DNA from: Clostridia bacterium
Lineage (GTDB): Bacteria; Bacillota; Clostridia; UMGS1883
DNA length: 64,000 bases
Direction of reading: 5' to 3'
Assembly: GCA_045656865.1 (NCBI GenBank)
Contig: JAZOSB010000053.1
Location: forward strand, 8,074-72,073
In this document: piece after piece, positions 13,155 through 23,630 of the stretch
How positions within the stretch are numbered: the first letter of the stretch is position 1
Layout of the letters: each line of letters starts with the position of its first letter
The notes under the pieces: generated by a model
The model's database searches: none
The model's input: only the letters and a program-made list of their open reading frames with translations
Told to the model about the DNA's origin: nothing
Position numbers and translations under genes: made by a program

Positions 13155-14426
13155 AAGTGCCAGTGAAGATATATATTCATAACGTTCTTTTTTGTTCTTG
13201 ATTTTTACACGGTTCCATTCGATAATGCCGAAATTGGCATTCATCGGCTGGAACTTTTTGTTTTCACGGTCGGTGATATACTTTATGAGTGCCCCGCTGC
13301 AGGTTGATGCAGGGAAAACCACACTTTCCTTGCCGAGAATGTTTCTTGCGGCATTGATGCCTGCAATCATTCCCGATGAGGCTGATTCCACATACCCCTC
13401 AACACCTGTTATCTGTCCTGCAAAAAACACTTTGGGGTATTTTATAAGGCTGTAATCATTATTTAAGACCAAGGGGGAATTTATATATGTGTTTCGGTGC
13501 ATTACACCGTAGCGTACAAATTCAGCATTCTCCAGTCCGGGAATCATAGAAAAAACTCTCTTCTGTTCCCCGAATTTGAGGTTTGTCTGGAAGCCTACAA
13601 GGTTATAGAGCGTTCCCTCTGTGTTATCACGGCGAAGCTGAAGCACTGCGTAAGGCTCCTTCCCTGTTTTGGGATTGGGGAGTCCTTTGGGCTTCAAAGG
13701 GCCGAAGCAAAGGGTTTCCTTTCCTCTTGCCGCCATAATTTCAACGGGCATACACCCCTCAAAAACTTTTACATTTTCAACACCCTCGTGTAAAGGTGCA
13801 CGCTCGGCATTGATGAGAGCGTCGTAAAACGCCTCATATTCGTCCTTTTCCATAGGACAGTTTATATAATCTGCTGTACCCTTGCCGTATCTTGCCGCAA
13901 GGTAGGTTTTAGATTCGTCAATACTTTCTCTTGTGACAACGGGTGCTGCCGCATCGAAGAAAAACAGGCTTTCCTGCCCTGTAAGTCTGCCGATTGCATC
14001 TGTCAGCTTTCCGTGGGTTAAAGGTCCTGTCGCAACTATTGTAAATTCATTCGTATCAATATCCTGGGCAGCTTCATTTACAAGAGTAATATTTGGATGA
14101 TTTTTAATATTTTCTGTCACAAGGGCTGCAAACCTGTCACGGTCAACCGCCAGTGCGCCGCCTGCAGGAACCTTTGTTTCATCTGCACATTTTATGACAA
14201 GGCTTCCCATACGGCGCATCTCCTCCTTGAGAAGTCCGCAGGCGTTGTCAAGCCCGTTTCCCTTTAAGGAGTTGGAGCAGACAAGCTCGCACAGATTTTC
14301 ATTTGTATGGGCAGGGGAAAAAACGGAGGGCTTCATTTCGTAAAGCTTTACCTTTATTCCTCTTTCTGCCGCCTGCCACGCTGCCTCACAGCCTGCAAGA
14401 CCGCCACCAATTATTTTAAGTTCCAT
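13125..14426 (-). CDS. trmFO: Methylenetetrahydrofolate--tRNA-(uracil54-C5)-methyltransferase
   Basis: MELKIIGGGLAGCEAAWQ FAD-binding N-terminus and GQITGVEGYVESASSG. The ATG at 14426 lies 6 nt after AGGTG. Conserved dprA-topA-trmFO synteny. Confidence 0.92.
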   Translation of the reverse strand: MELKIIGGGLAGCEAAWQAAERGIKVKLYEMKPSVFSPAHTNENLCELVCSNSLKGNGLDNACGLLKEEMRRMGSLVIKCADETKVPAGGALAVDRDRFAALVTENIKNHPNITLVNEAAQDIDTNEFTIVATGPLTHGKLTDAIGRLTGQESLFFFDAAAPVVTRESIDESKTYLAARYGKGTADYINCPMEKDEYEAFYDALINAERAPLHEGVENVKVFEGCMPVEIMAARGKETLCFGPLKPKGLPNPKTGKEPYAVLQLRRDNTEGTLYNLVGFQTNLKFGEQKRVFSMIPGLENAEFVRYGVMHRNTYINSPLVLNNDYSLIKYPKVFFAGQITGVEGYVESASSGMIAGINAARNILGKESVVFPASTCSGALIKYITDRENKKFQPMNANFGIIEWNRVKIKNKKERYEYISSLALSALEDIDIS

Positions 14427-14446
14427 ATTTTTCACCTTGATTAAAT

Positions 14447-14473
14447 AAGGGATGTAAAATATTTACATCCCTT
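14447..14473 (-). terminator. Hairpin between topA and trmFO
   Basis: AAGGGATGTAAA-ata-TTTACATCCCTT. An AT-rich tail follows rather than a clean U-tract, so it may attenuate rather than terminate. Confidence 0.45.
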
Positions 14474-14479
14474 ACTATT

Positions 14480-16555
14480 TTATTTTTTATTTGACTCACA
14501 TTCAGGATTAGAACATACTGTGATGCTACCTTTTTTGAGGTACTTTCTACTCATCACACCGCCGCATTTGGGACAGGGTGTTGAAACAGGCTCATCCCAC
14601 AGAAGGAAATCACAGGTAGGAGTATTTTCGCAGGAGAAATATTTCTTTCCCCTCTGGCTTCTTCTTTCAACGATTCTGCCGCCGCACTTAGGACACTTAA
14701 CTCCTGTATCCTTAAGAATTGGCTTTGCATTACGGCATTCGGGAAATCCCGGGCAAGCCAAGAACTTACCGAATCTGCCAAGCTTTATAACCATATTTCT
14801 GCCGCACTTTTCACAGATTTCGTCTGAAACCTCGTCCTTGATTTCTATTTTCTCAATTTCCTTTTCAGCCTTTTCTACCTCTACTGCAAAAGGCTTGTAG
14901 AAACGGTCTATAACCTCTACCCACTTTTCGCCGCCTTCTTCAATATCGTCAAGCTGCTGCTCCATATTTGCCGTAAAGTCTATATCCACAATGTCAGAGA
15001 AGTTTTCTGCCATAATATCTGTTACGATTGTACCAAGCTCTGTTGGCTTTAACATACGCTTTTCACGGTGTACATAATCTCTGCCGAGGATTGTGGTAAT
15101 TGTGGGAGCGTAGGTACTGGGTCTGCCTATACCGTTTTCTTCCATTGTCTTGATGAGGGATGCTTCCGTATATCTTGCAGGAGGCTCTGTAAAGTGCTGT
15201 TCATCCTGAATTTCATTTGCATTAAGCTTCATTCCTTCTTCCAAAGTGGGAAGCTTCTTTGCATCCTTTTCCTCGTTCTCTTCGCTTCCGTCAACATATA
15301 CCGCACGATAGCCTGCAAACTTAAGAGTTCTTGCACTTGCACGGAAGGTTACTTCGTTTGCATCAAATTCTGCACTAAGTGTGCTGTAAACCGCATTTGT
15401 CATCTGGCTTGCGATAAATCTTTCCCAGATGAGCTTATAAATCTTGTAAAGGTCTGCACTTACCGAGCTTTTAATCATTTCAGGCTCAATTTCAGGCACG
15501 GTTGGTCTTATTGCTTCGTGAGCATCCTGTGCATTCTTTCCTGTCTTATAATTACGGGCAGCTTTAGGAAGAAATTCCTTGCCGTATTTTTCACCGATTA
15601 TACTGCGTGCCGCATCCTGAGATTCGGGATTAAGTCTTAACGAGTCGGTACGCATATATGTGATAAGACCGAGGGTTCCTTTGCCGGGAACGGAAACACC
15701 TTCATAAAGCTCCTGTGCCGCGGACATAGTTCTCCTTGAGGTAAAGCCAAGCTTTCTGCTTGCTTCCTGCTGAAGAGTACTTGTCGTAAAGGGGGGTGAT
15801 GGTTGTTGTGCCTTATCAGAGTAATTTGCACTTGTTACAACAAAATCTGCATTTTTAATCTGTGCCTTTATTTTTTCAGTTTCTGCTGAGTTTGTAAGCT
15901 CTTTCTTCTTGCCCTTTACACCATAGAAACGGGCAGGAATTGTTTTCTTATCACCCTTGCTACTAAGTTCGGCGGTGATTGTCCAGTATTCCTTGGGCTC
16001 AAATGCTTCAATTTCTCTTTCACGGTCAACAACAAGCTTTGTTGCAGCTGACTGCACACGGCCTGCACTAAGACCTTTTTTAACCTTCTTCCACAGAATG
16101 GGACTAAGCTTGTAACCAACAATTCTGTCAAGAACACGCCTTGCCTGCTGTGCATCAACAAGCTTTTCGTCAATGGGGCGTGCCTGCTTGAGCGATGCTG
16201 TAACGGCAGATTTTGTAACCTCGTTAAAGGTAATTCTGCACGCCTTCTTTGTATCAATATTCAGTATGTTTGCCAAATGCCAACTGATTGCCTCACCCTC
16301 ACGGTCAGGGTCAGTTGCAAGATATATTTTATCTGCGTTTTTTGCCGCCTTTTTAAGCTTTGCCATAAGGTCGCCTTTCCCGCGGATAGTTATATACTTT
16401 GGCTCATAATTATTATCTATATCTATACCTAACTGACTCTTGGGAAGGTCACGCATATGCCCCATAGATGCAATTACTGTATAGTTTTTTCCAAGGTACT
16501 TATTTATGGTTTTTGCCTTTGCCGGAGACTCAACTATTACAAGATAGTTTGCCAT
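14480..16555 (-). CDS. topA: DNA topoisomerase I
   Basis: TOPRIM VIVESPAKAKTI and DPDREGE; active-site LITYMRTDS; three C-terminal Cys4 zinc ribbons. ATG 16555 follows AGGAGGG with an 8-nt spacer. Confidence 0.96.
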   Translation of the reverse strand: MANYLVIVESPAKAKTINKYLGKNYTVIASMGHMRDLPKSQLGIDIDNNYEPKYITIRGKGDLMAKLKKAAKNADKIYLATDPDREGEAISWHLANILNIDTKKACRITFNEVTKSAVTASLKQARPIDEKLVDAQQARRVLDRIVGYKLSPILWKKVKKGLSAGRVQSAATKLVVDREREIEAFEPKEYWTITAELSSKGDKKTIPARFYGVKGKKKELTNSAETEKIKAQIKNADFVVTSANYSDKAQQPSPPFTTSTLQQEASRKLGFTSRRTMSAAQELYEGVSVPGKGTLGLITYMRTDSLRLNPESQDAARSIIGEKYGKEFLPKAARNYKTGKNAQDAHEAIRPTVPEIEPEMIKSSVSADLYKIYKLIWERFIASQMTNAVYSTLSAEFDANEVTFRASARTLKFAGYRAVYVDGSEENEEKDAKKLPTLEEGMKLNANEIQDEQHFTEPPARYTEASLIKTMEENGIGRPSTYAPTITTILGRDYVHREKRMLKPTELGTIVTDIMAENFSDIVDIDFTANMEQQLDDIEEGGEKWVEVIDRFYKPFAVEVEKAEKEIEKIEIKDEVSDEICEKCGRNMVIKLGRFGKFLACPGFPECRNAKPILKDTGVKCPKCGGRIVERRSQRGKKYFSCENTPTCDFLLWDEPVSTPCPKCGGVMSRKYLKKGSITVCSNPECESNKK

Positions 16556-16568
16556 TGGCATCACCCTC

Positions 16569-17663
16569 CTAAAGTATTATATATTTCTTGTCAGGACCTT
16601 TTTTAATAAGTCCCTTTATTTCCATCATTCCTAAAAGCGCCGTAAGTCTGTGCGCATCAAATGAAATATTTTCCTCAATCAAGTTTGCGGTAGCTTTACC
16701 GGAAGCTATTATGCTTACAATTTCTTTTTCATATTCAGAAAGTCCGTCAAGCTTCAATTCCTTTTCTTTTAAAGCTGATTCCTTTCTTTTTTTCTCTCCG
16801 CGTTCTTCTCTGCGGTCATTCTCCCTTACGAAAAAGTCGGGTGATTTTGCAATAAGCTCATCCACAACATCCATAGGAGAAAGCAGTGGAATTGCACCGT
16901 CACGAATAAGCTCATTTGTCCCACCGCTTAATCTGTCGTCTATATTTCCGGGAACGGAGAATACCGTGACTCCCTCGTTAAGTGCCTGACTTGCAGTTAT
17001 AAGTGAGCCGCTTCTTTTTGCGGCACGGACTACAACAAGAGCGGTGGAAAGACCCGCTATAATTCTGTTTCTTCTGGGAAAATTCCCTGCAAGCGGTTCC
17101 ATCCCGAAAGGATATTCCGATACTACGGCACCGCCGTTTTCAATTATATCCTGAAAAAGCTTTGTATTTTCCTTAGGATAAAGCTTGTCAAGACCGCTTC
17201 CTAAGACAGCAACCGTGGGAGCCTTCGCCCTGAGCGCACCTCTGTGAGATGCGGCATCTATGCCGATTGCTCCACCTGAAATTATACCTACACCTGTCTG
17301 CCCGACTTCGGCAGCGATGGTTTCCGCCATGCGGATGCCGTAGCTGTCACTCCGCCTTGCCCCAACCATACCTGTAAATATAATATCGCGTAGTATATCA
17401 GCATTTCCCAGCACATAAAGCACAGCAGGGGGCTGATATATATTTTTGAGTTTCTCGGGATAGCCTTTATCAATATAGGTTACAATCTCCGCGCCAAGCT
17501 CGCCAGCCTTTTTAAAATTACTGAGCATATCCTTATACTCAGCACTTGAAGCATCTATCAAAGAAAGGTCAAAAAGGTCATCACTTGCGGCAAGTTCAGA
17601 AAGCTTTTTGCGGGTGTTTGGAACGCCCTGCGCCCTCACCGCCCATATAAGCTGACGATTCAT
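16569..17663 (-). CDS. dprA: DNA-processing protein DprA/Smf
   Basis: GMVGARRSDSYG and IISGGAIGIDAASHRGAL Rossmann-like blocks. Located immediately upstream of topA. Confidence 0.9.
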   Translation of the reverse strand: MNRQLIWAVRAQGVPNTRKKLSELAASDDLFDLSLIDASSAEYKDMLSNFKKAGELGAEIVTYIDKGYPEKLKNIYQPPAVLYVLGNADILRDIIFTGMVGARRSDSYGIRMAETIAAEVGQTGVGIISGGAIGIDAASHRGALRAKAPTVAVLGSGLDKLYPKENTKLFQDIIENGGAVVSEYPFGMEPLAGNFPRRNRIIAGLSTALVVVRAAKRSGSLITASQALNEGVTVFSVPGNIDDRLSGGTNELIRDGAIPLLSPMDVVDELIAKSPDFFVRENDRREERGEKKRKESALKEKELKLDGLSEYEKEIVSIIASGKATANLIEENISFDAHRLTALLGMMEIKGLIKKGPDKKYIIL

Positions 17664-17741
17664 TTTTCTCCCCCTCTTTAAAAAACTACCTATATTAACT
17701 TACACTAAAACTTTCCTTTTGTAAAGAGTAAAGTTTATTTT

Positions 17742-18509
17742 TTATAAATTTTGTCTGTAATGCTCGTATACCATTACAGAACCTGCGACTGCGGCATTAA
17801 GACTTTCCGCGTCGCTCCTCATCGGGATTTTAAGCACACTGTCACAAAGGGAGAGTGTACTCTCCTCCACTCCGTTCCCCTCGTTTCCTATTATAATGAG
17901 AACCTTGCCCGAAAGGTCGGCCAAATAAAAATCAACTGCACTGTCTGTAAGTGCTCCTGCTACAATTTTATAACCGTTTGCGCTGAAATATTCAATAACC
18001 TTTTCGCTTTCTGCACCGGATACCACAGGGACAGAGAACATACCAGACATTGTTGCACGGACAATTTTGGGATTGTACAGGTCACAACACCCCTTTGTAA
18101 GGATAACACCGCCCGAGTCCGCCGCATGAGCAGTTCTTATAACCGTGCCGATGTTACCGGGGTCCTGAAGTGCTTCGCACATTACAACGCACTTTTTCCC
18201 AAGGGATAATATATCCTCAAGGCTGCACTTTTTAACAGGGCATATTGCAATAACACCCTGCGGAGAAACAGTCTCGGCAATTTCAGAAAAAAGCTTCGGT
18301 GCCAAAGCGTATATGGGGCAGTCTGCTGAAAAATCAAGAGCTGTACCGTCCTTTATTATAATACACTCTGCCTTTATACCCTTTGAAAGAGCATCCTTTA
18401 CAATACGGAAGCCCTCTATCATAAAGAGTCCCTTTTCCACTCTCCCTTTCTGGGTTTTAAGAAGCTTTGCCAGTTTAAATATTTTGTTTTCACGGCTTGT
18501 TATAATCAT
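17742..18509 (-). CDS. TrmH/SpoU-family RNA 2'-O-methyltransferase
   Basis: MIITSRENKIFKLAKLL N-terminus, GNEGNGV, and IPM...ESLNAAVAGSV knot motifs. The start is uncertain: the ORF extends to a TTG at 18581. Confidence 0.8.
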   Translation of the reverse strand: MIITSRENKIFKLAKLLKTQKGRVEKGLFMIEGFRIVKDALSKGIKAECIIIKDGTALDFSADCPIYALAPKLFSEIAETVSPQGVIAICPVKKCSLEDILSLGKKCVVMCEALQDPGNIGTVIRTAHAADSGGVILTKGCCDLYNPKIVRATMSGMFSVPVVSGAESEKVIEYFSANGYKIVAGALTDSAVDFYLADLSGKVLIIIGNEGNGVEESTLSLCDSVLKIPMRSDAESLNAAVAGSVMVYEHYRQNL

Positions 18510-18581
18510 AAAATCACAGCCTTTACTTTTCTTTGGAAAAACCGTTTCCGAAATTGTCCGGAAACGGTTTTTAAATTCCAA

Positions 18582-18938
18582 TTATTTAAGGTTTGCTTTT
18601 GCTGTTTCAACGAGCTGTGTGAAAGCTGCAGGGTCGCTGATTGCGATTTCAGAAAGCATCTTTCTGTTGATTTCGATATTAGCCTTCTTAAGACCGTTCA
18701 TGAAACGGGAATAGTTAATATCGTTCATCTTACAAGCTGCGCTGATTCTTGTAATCCAGAGAGAACGGAAATCTCTCTTCTTAAGCTTTCTGCCAACGTA
18801 AGCGTATGAAAGAGACTTCATAACCGCCTGGTTAGCTACTCTGTAAAGCTTGGATTTAGCTCCTCTGTAGCCTTTTGCAAGCTTCAAAATCTTTTTATGT
18901 CTTTTTCTGGTGCTGAGTGCACCCTTTACTCGAGCCAT
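18582..18938 (-). CDS. rplT: 50S ribosomal protein L20
   Basis: [27 protein letters not shown]...; 118 aa. Confidence 0.98.
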   Translation of the reverse strand: MARVKGALSTRKRHKKILKLAKGYRGAKSKLYRVANQAVMKSLSYAYVGRKLKKRDFRSLWITRISAACKMNDINYSRFMNGLKKANIEINRKMLSEIAISDPAAFTQLVETAKANLK

Positions 18939-18958
18939 TTTATAGTCCTCCTACTTTC

Positions 18959-19156
18959 TTATTTATAAGGTATAAGCTTCTTAATAACTTTTGCGTTTGT
19001 TACGTCTGCCAGAGCGCCCTTTCTGAGTCTTCTCTTTCTCTTTGTGTCCTTCTTAGTGAGAATGTGACTCTTGAAAGCTTTTGCTCTCTTTACCTTACCT
19101 GATTTTGTAAGACTGAAGCGCTTTGCTGCGGCTCTGTGTGTCTTTATTTTAGGCAT
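18959..19156 (-). CDS. rpmI: 50S ribosomal protein L35
   Basis: [14 protein letters not shown]...; 65 aa. Confidence 0.97.
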   Translation of the reverse strand: MPKIKTHRAAAKRFSLTKSGKVKRAKAFKSHILTKKDTKRKRRLRKGALADVTNAKVIKKLIPYK

Positions 19157-19210
19157 AATATCTCTCCTCTCAATTGTATATATCTAAACTGCCTTTTGGT
19201 AGTTTGATAA

Positions 19211-19720
19211 TCAGTTCTTGGGCGAAATTGTAATCGCCATGTTCTTACCCTCAAGCTTTGGCTTTTTATCTACTGTGCCGAACTCCTCAGCACCCTTTAC
19301 AAAGCGGTCAAGGATTTCCTCACCGATTGAAGCGTGATGAATTTCACGACCCCTAAAACGCACTGAAACCTTTACCTTGTCGCCTGATTTTAAGAATTTG
19401 CAGGCATTTTTAAGCTTGGTTTCAAAGTCGTGATTGTCAATAGACGGAGAAAGACGCACTTCCTTAAGGTTTACAACCTTCTGATTCTTGCGATTCTCCT
19501 TTTCCTTTTTAGCAAGCTCGAAACGGTACTTACCGTAGTCCATGATTTTACATACGGGGGGATTTGCGTTGGGAGAAATCATAACCAAATCAAGATTTCT
19601 CTTGTTTGCAGCCTCCATCGCATCATTAGAAGACATAATGCCCAGCTGACTGCCGTCATTGTCTATTACGCGAACCTCTGCCGCCCTGATATCCTCGTTA
19701 ATCATCATTTCCTTGCTAAT
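19211..19720 (-). CDS. infC: Translation initiation factor IF-3 (ATT start codon)
   Basis: GGAGGTG, a 6-nt spacer, then ATT at 19718-19720, giving (I)SKEMMINEDIRAAEVRVIDNDGSQLGI..., a typical IF-3 N-terminus. The upstream part of the 195-aa track ORF has no RBS and overlaps the leader and terminator. Confidence 0.9.
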   Translation of the reverse strand: MSKEMMINEDIRAAEVRVIDNDGSQLGIMSSNDAMEAANKRNLDLVMISPNANPPVCKIMDYGKYRFELAKKEKENRKNQKVVNLKEVRLSPSIDNHDFETKLKNACKFLKSGDKVKVSVRFRGREIHHASIGEEILDRFVKGAEEFGTVDKKPKLEGKNMAITISPKN

Positions 19721-19875
19721 GGAAAACACCTCCAAAAGATTTGATTTACGCCGCAAAAAAGCGGCAGGAGAACCTACCGCCACATAATACAAGCACAAAA
19801 AATCCTTGTTTATATTAACCGTACCAGGTAATCCTGCACGGTGAGAAGCGGTAACTTCTACTTCATTGCTTGGTT
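19721..19875 (-). promoter_or_regulatory. infC-rpmI-rplT leader with an intrinsic attenuator (L20-leader type)
   Basis: About 150-nt leader between the promoter and the infC RBS. It contains GCGGTAGG-ttct-CCTGCCGC followed by TTTTTT (19755-19780, minus strand). This position matches the L20-responsive attenuator of Firmicutes. Confidence 0.6.
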
Positions 19876-19904
19876 ATTATAACAGTTATTTTGGGGTTTG
19901 TCAA
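19876..19904 (-). promoter_or_regulatory. Consensus SigA promoter of the infC operon
   Basis: Minus strand: TTGACA (19899-19904), 17 nt, TATAAT (19876-19881). Confidence 0.7.
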
Positions 19905-19973
19905 CACTTTTTTATAAAATATTTCTCTACATAAGAAACGGCACAATTCTCAATTGAATTATGCCGTTTTTAC

Positions 19974-20177
19974 TTATTTATTTTCAAGATATTCATTAAG
20001 CTTTGCCACAAGTGCATCTGCATCAGCACCGTGTACTGCACAAGCTTCAGCAATTGACTCTCCGCTTGCGGAAGGACATCCGAGACAGTGCATACCGATT
20101 TCAAGGAAGAAAGGTGCTGTACCCTTATCCATCATAAGAACATCAAGAATAATAGTGTCTTTTGTTACTTTAGCCAT
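19974..20177 (-). CDS. DUF1858-type small redox-disulfide protein (hybrid-cluster-protein-associated family)
   Basis: 67 aa starting MAKVTKDTIILDVLMMD...GMHCLGCPSASGESI. The ATG follows GGAGGTG. A hairpin lies downstream at about 19935-19970. Confidence 0.6.
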   Translation of the reverse strand: MAKVTKDTIILDVLMMDKGTAPFFLEIGMHCLGCPSASGESIAEACAVHGADADALVAKLNEYLENK

Positions 20178-20284
20178 GAAAAACACCTCCTCACGAGTTA
20201 TTATACATCATTTGAAATAATTTTACAACATATTTTTTAGTGAAATTATCTTATATCATAGAAGATAAATGCATCCTGCAGATA

Positions 20285-20320
20285 CAAAAAACACACACTC
20301 AAATGAGTGTGTGTTTTTTT
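20285..20320. terminator. Bidirectional terminator hairpin downstream of tRNA-Gly
   Basis: AAAAAA-CACACACTC-aaat-GAGTGTGTG-TTTTTTT. Confidence 0.75.
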
Positions 20321-20394
20321 GGAGCGGAAGACGAGATTCGAACTCGCGACGTTCACCTTGGCAAGGTGACGCTCTACCACTGAGCCACTCCCGC
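20320..20394 (-). tRNA. tRNA-Gly (anticodon GCC), CCA encoded
   Basis: Reverse complement is GCGGGAGTGGCTCAGTGGTAGAGCGTCACCTTGCCAAGGTGAACGTCGCGAGTTCGAATCTCGTCTTCCGCTCCA. It folds as a cloverleaf by hand, with anticodon loop TTGCCAA. Confidence 0.95.
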
Positions 20395-20414
20395 ATAACT
20401 TTTAAGCAAGTGAT

Positions 20415-20443
20415 AGTATAGCACACAAAAAGCCGTTTGTAAA
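20415..20443 (-). promoter_or_regulatory. Candidate SigA promoter for tRNA-Gly
   Basis: Minus strand: TTTACA (20438-20443), 17 nt, TATACT (20415-20420). Confidence 0.5.
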
Positions 20444-20557
20444 GACTTTTTTGAAAAAATTTTTATTGTTTTGCAATTTTTTTTGCTTATAAAAAAGGAT
20501 TTTCTCCCCCGATGTCGAAAAGTAGATATAAAGGAAAAATTTTTATGAGGTTTTAAA

Positions 20558-22300
20558 ATGGCAGCTTATTATTCCGACGAAATTGTCAGCGAGGTTTTGC
20601 AGGCAAACGACATTGTGGATATTGTTTCGGGTTATGTCAGGCTGAAAAGAACGGGAAGCTCCCTTATGGGTTGCTGTCCTTTTCACAGAGAAAAGACACC
20701 CTCTTTTCACGTAAGTGCGGACAAGCAGCTGTACCATTGCTTCGGTTGCGGCGCCGGTGGCGGAGTTATTCAGTTTATTATGAATGCTGAGGGACTTGAT
20801 TTTCCCGACGCACTTCGTTTTTTGGCAGACCGCGTGGGAATCAGACTTCCTGAAAATGACGGCAGCCGTGACGAGGAAAAATATAAACGCAAACATAAAA
20901 TGTATGAAATGAATAAGGATGCGGCACGCTATTTCAGGGAGTGTCTTTTGTCCCCCGAGGGAAAAGCTGCACAGGAGTACCTTACCAAAAGACAGCTTGA
21001 CGGAAAAACCATTGCCGCATTCGGACTTGGCTGGGCACCCGGCGGTTGGGACGGATTATTAAAGCATCTTCGCGGAAAAGGGTATGACCGTTCACTTCTG
21101 GTCGATTCAGGTCTTTGCATTATGAACGACAAAGGTCACGTCTACGACAGATTCCGTGAGAGAGTAATGTTTCCTATATTTGATGTACGTGGAAATATAA
21201 CCGGTTTTACCGGACGAATACTTTCCGGTGATGCCGCAAAATATATGAACTCCCCCGAAAGTATTATTTTCGACAAGGGAAAAAATCTTTATGGCTTAAA
21301 TCTGGCTAAAAAAAGCATACGCGGTTATTATATACTTGTCGAGGGTAATATGGATGTTATCTCTCTCCATCAGGCAGGGATAAACGCGGCTGTTGCCGCC
21401 TGCGGTACGGCATTCACCCGCGACCAGGCAAAGCTCCTATCAAAAAGTCCCGTATATTTGTGCTTTGACAGTGACGGTGCAGGTCAAAAAGCTCTTGAAA
21501 GAGCTGCAGAAATTTTCAGGGAATTTGAAACACCGCTGAAGGTTATTGAAATGCCGGATGTGAAAGACCCCGACGATTTTATCAAAAAGTATGGGGCTGA
21601 GGCTTTTGAAACCCTGATTAAAAAAGCAAAAACTCTGACGGAGCACAGAATGGATGTGCTTCTTCGGGGAGTTGACCTTAACGATACGGCACAGAAAATC
21701 GAAACGCTCGGAAAAGCATCGAAACTGTTTTCAGGCATATCAAATGCAGTTGAACGTGAAGTATATGTAACAAGGCTTTCGGCAAAGACGGGAATCAGTC
21801 CTGAATCCATAAACAGTGAAATCAGGAAAACCAATGCTAAAAATGTCCGCAAGGAGGTTTCGGCAGACCTCAGAAAGGTTGTGGGCGGAGGAACGGAAAT
21901 AAGGAAGCAAAACAAACGCCGTCAGGTTGCGGAAGCAGGATTTTTAGCAATGCTCGCCGAAAGCCCCAAGGTTTACACACAATTTGCGGACAAGTTTGGA
22001 GAGGACAGCTTTTCAGAAGAAATTCACAGACAGATTTTCAATCACATTTGTACATATTATAAGGAAGAAAAGCAGGGAACGTGTCAGGAATATCTGATGG
22101 GGGCAATGCCCGGACATGAGAGGGAAATTTCCACAGTGCTCATGAGTGTGCAGAATATATCCGATACAATCCGTGCCGCGCAGGATTTTGCGCAAGCGAT
22201 TGAAAATGAGATATTTAATGAAAAATTGCAGAAGGCTCAGAGCGAAGGTAATCTTCAGCTTATAAGTGAGCTACTGAAATCAAGAAAACAAAACGGATGA
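20558..22300 (+). CDS. dnaG: DNA primase
   Basis: Zinc-finger block [29 protein letters not shown] and [19 protein letters not shown]; 580 aa. Confidence 0.96.
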   Translation: MAAYYSDEIVSEVLQANDIVDIVSGYVRLKRTGSSLMGCCPFHREKTPSFHVSADKQLYHCFGCGAGGGVIQFIMNAEGLDFPDALRFLADRVGIRLPENDGSRDEEKYKRKHKMYEMNKDAARYFRECLLSPEGKAAQEYLTKRQLDGKTIAAFGLGWAPGGWDGLLKHLRGKGYDRSLLVDSGLCIMNDKGHVYDRFRERVMFPIFDVRGNITGFTGRILSGDAAKYMNSPESIIFDKGKNLYGLNLAKKSIRGYYILVEGNMDVISLHQAGINAAVAACGTAFTRDQAKLLSKSPVYLCFDSDGAGQKALERAAEIFREFETPLKVIEMPDVKDPDDFIKKYGAEAFETLIKKAKTLTEHRMDVLLRGVDLNDTAQKIETLGKASKLFSGISNAVEREVYVTRLSAKTGISPESINSEIRKTNAKNVRKEVSADLRKVVGGGTEIRKQNKRRQVAEAGFLAMLAESPKVYTQFADKFGEDSFSEEIHRQIFNHICTYYKEEKQGTCQEYLMGAMPGHEREISTVLMSVQNISDTIRAAQDFAQAIENEIFNEKLQKAQSEGNLQLISELLKSRKQNG

Positions 22301-22326
22301 GAGTATTATTGAAAGGGAATGATAAT

Positions 22327-23415
22327 ATGAGCGAAACAGAAACAAAGAAAAGCATGACAACAGTAAAAGAGCTTATTGAAAGGGGTAAGCAGAAAGGTAT
22401 GCTTACCGAGCAGGAGATTGAAGATACTCTCGCCGAGCTTGAGTTAGATGCTGAAGAAATCGAAAAAATTCACGACAATATTGAAGATATCGGTATTGAA
22501 ATTGTTGGAAGTGACATTGAGCAGGAAATGAAAAAAATTGAGGTTTCCGAAGAAGACCTTGAGGACCTCTCTGTTCCCGAGGGAATCAATGTTGACGACC
22601 ACGTAAGAATGTACCTTAAGGAAATAGGTAAAGTTCCGCTTCTCTCCCCTGGTGAAGAGATTGAGTATGCAAGACTTATGAGCGAGGGTGATGAGGATGC
22701 AAAGAAAAAGCTTACTGAGGCAAATCTCCGTCTCGTTGTAAGTATTGCGAAGCGTTATGTTGGCCGCGGAATGTTGTTCCTTGACCTTATTCAGGAGGGA
22801 AACCTTGGTCTTATCAAGGCGGTTGAAAAATTTGACTATACAAAGGGCTACAAATTCAGTACCTATGCAACTTGGTGGATAAGACAGGCGATTACCCGTG
22901 CAATTGCTGACCAGGCAAGGACAATCCGTATCCCCGTTCATATGGTTGAAACCATCAACAAGCTTATCCGTGTTTCCCGTCAGCTCCTTCAGGAATTGGG
23001 CAGAGAGCCTTCCCCCGAAGAAATTGCAAAGGAAATGGGAATGAGCCTTGAAAAGGTTCGCGAAATTATGAAGATTGCTCAGGAGCCTGTTTCCCTCGAA
23101 ACACCTATCGGTGAAGAAGAGGACAGCCATCTTGGTGATTTCATACCTGATGATGATGCTCCTGCACCCAGCGAAGCGGCTTCCTTTATGCTCCTTAAGG
23201 AACAGCTTATGGATGTTCTTAACACCCTGACCCCACGCGAGGAAAAGGTACTCCGCCTCCGTTTCGGTTTGGAGGACGGCAGAGCGAGAACTCTTGAAGA
23301 GGTTGGCGGCGTGTTCGACGTAACGAGAGAGCGTATCCGTCAGATTGAGGCAAAGGCACTTCGTAAACTTAGACACCCCAGCAGAAGTAAGAAATTAAAA
23401 GACTTTTTAGAATAA
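22327..23415 (+). CDS. rpoD: RNA polymerase primary sigma factor (SigA/RpoD)
   Basis: Region 2 [54 protein letters not shown] and region 4 [27 protein letters not shown] prefer ATG 22327 (AAGGGA upstream) over ATG 22297, which overlaps the dnaG stop. Confidence 0.96.
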   Translation: MSETETKKSMTTVKELIERGKQKGMLTEQEIEDTLAELELDAEEIEKIHDNIEDIGIEIVGSDIEQEMKKIEVSEEDLEDLSVPEGINVDDHVRMYLKEIGKVPLLSPGEEIEYARLMSEGDEDAKKKLTEANLRLVVSIAKRYVGRGMLFLDLIQEGNLGLIKAVEKFDYTKGYKFSTYATWWIRQAITRAIADQARTIRIPVHMVETINKLIRVSRQLLQELGREPSPEEIAKEMGMSLEKVREIMKIAQEPVSLETPIGEEEDSHLGDFIPDDDAPAPSEAASFMLLKEQLMDVLNTLTPREEKVLRLRFGLEDGRARTLEEVGGVFDVTRERIRQIEAKALRKLRHPSRSKKLKDFLE

Positions 23416-23416
23416 G

Positions 23417-23459
23417 AAAAATCGGTTGCTGTAAAATAAACACAGCAACCGATTTTTTT
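23417..23459 (+). terminator. Rho-independent terminator after rpoD
   Basis: ATCGGTTGCTGT-aaaataaac-ACAGCAACCGAT followed by TTTTTT. Confidence 0.85.
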
Positions 23460-23469
23460 AATAAAAGTA

Positions 23470-23498
23470 TTGATTTTTCAAATTCTTTGTAGTATAAT
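23470..23498 (+). promoter_or_regulatory. Candidate SigA promoter for tRNA-Leu
   Basis: TTGATT (23470-23475), 17 nt, TATAAT (23493-23498), 12 nt before the tRNA 5' end. Confidence 0.6.
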
Positions 23499-23510
23499 CA
23501 TATCCGTTAA

Positions 23511-23597
23511 GCCGATGTGATGGAATTGGCAGACGTAACGGACTCAAAATCCGTCGGTGGCAACACCGTGCGGGTTCGACTCCCGCCATCGGCACCA
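23511..23597 (+). tRNA. tRNA-Leu (anticodon CAA), long variable arm, CCA encoded
   Basis: GCCGATG...ACGGA-CTCAAAA-TCCGT, variable arm CGGTGGCAACACCGTG, T arm CGGGTTCGACTCCCG, acceptor CATCGGC-A-CCA. Confidence 0.93.
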
Positions 23598-23598
23598 G

Positions 23599-23630
23599 AA
23601 ATAGCACTGCAATTATGCAGTGCTATTTTT
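23599..23630. terminator. Bidirectional terminator shared by tRNA-Leu and pdp
   Basis: ATAGCACTGCA-atta-TGCAGTGCTAT flanked by an A-run and a T-run. It overlaps the pdp stop codon. Confidence 0.8.

Noticed and set aside
22444-23376. 310-aa minus-strand ORF
   Set aside because: It is antisense to rpoD, which is identified beyond doubt. It has no RBS or recognisable motifs.
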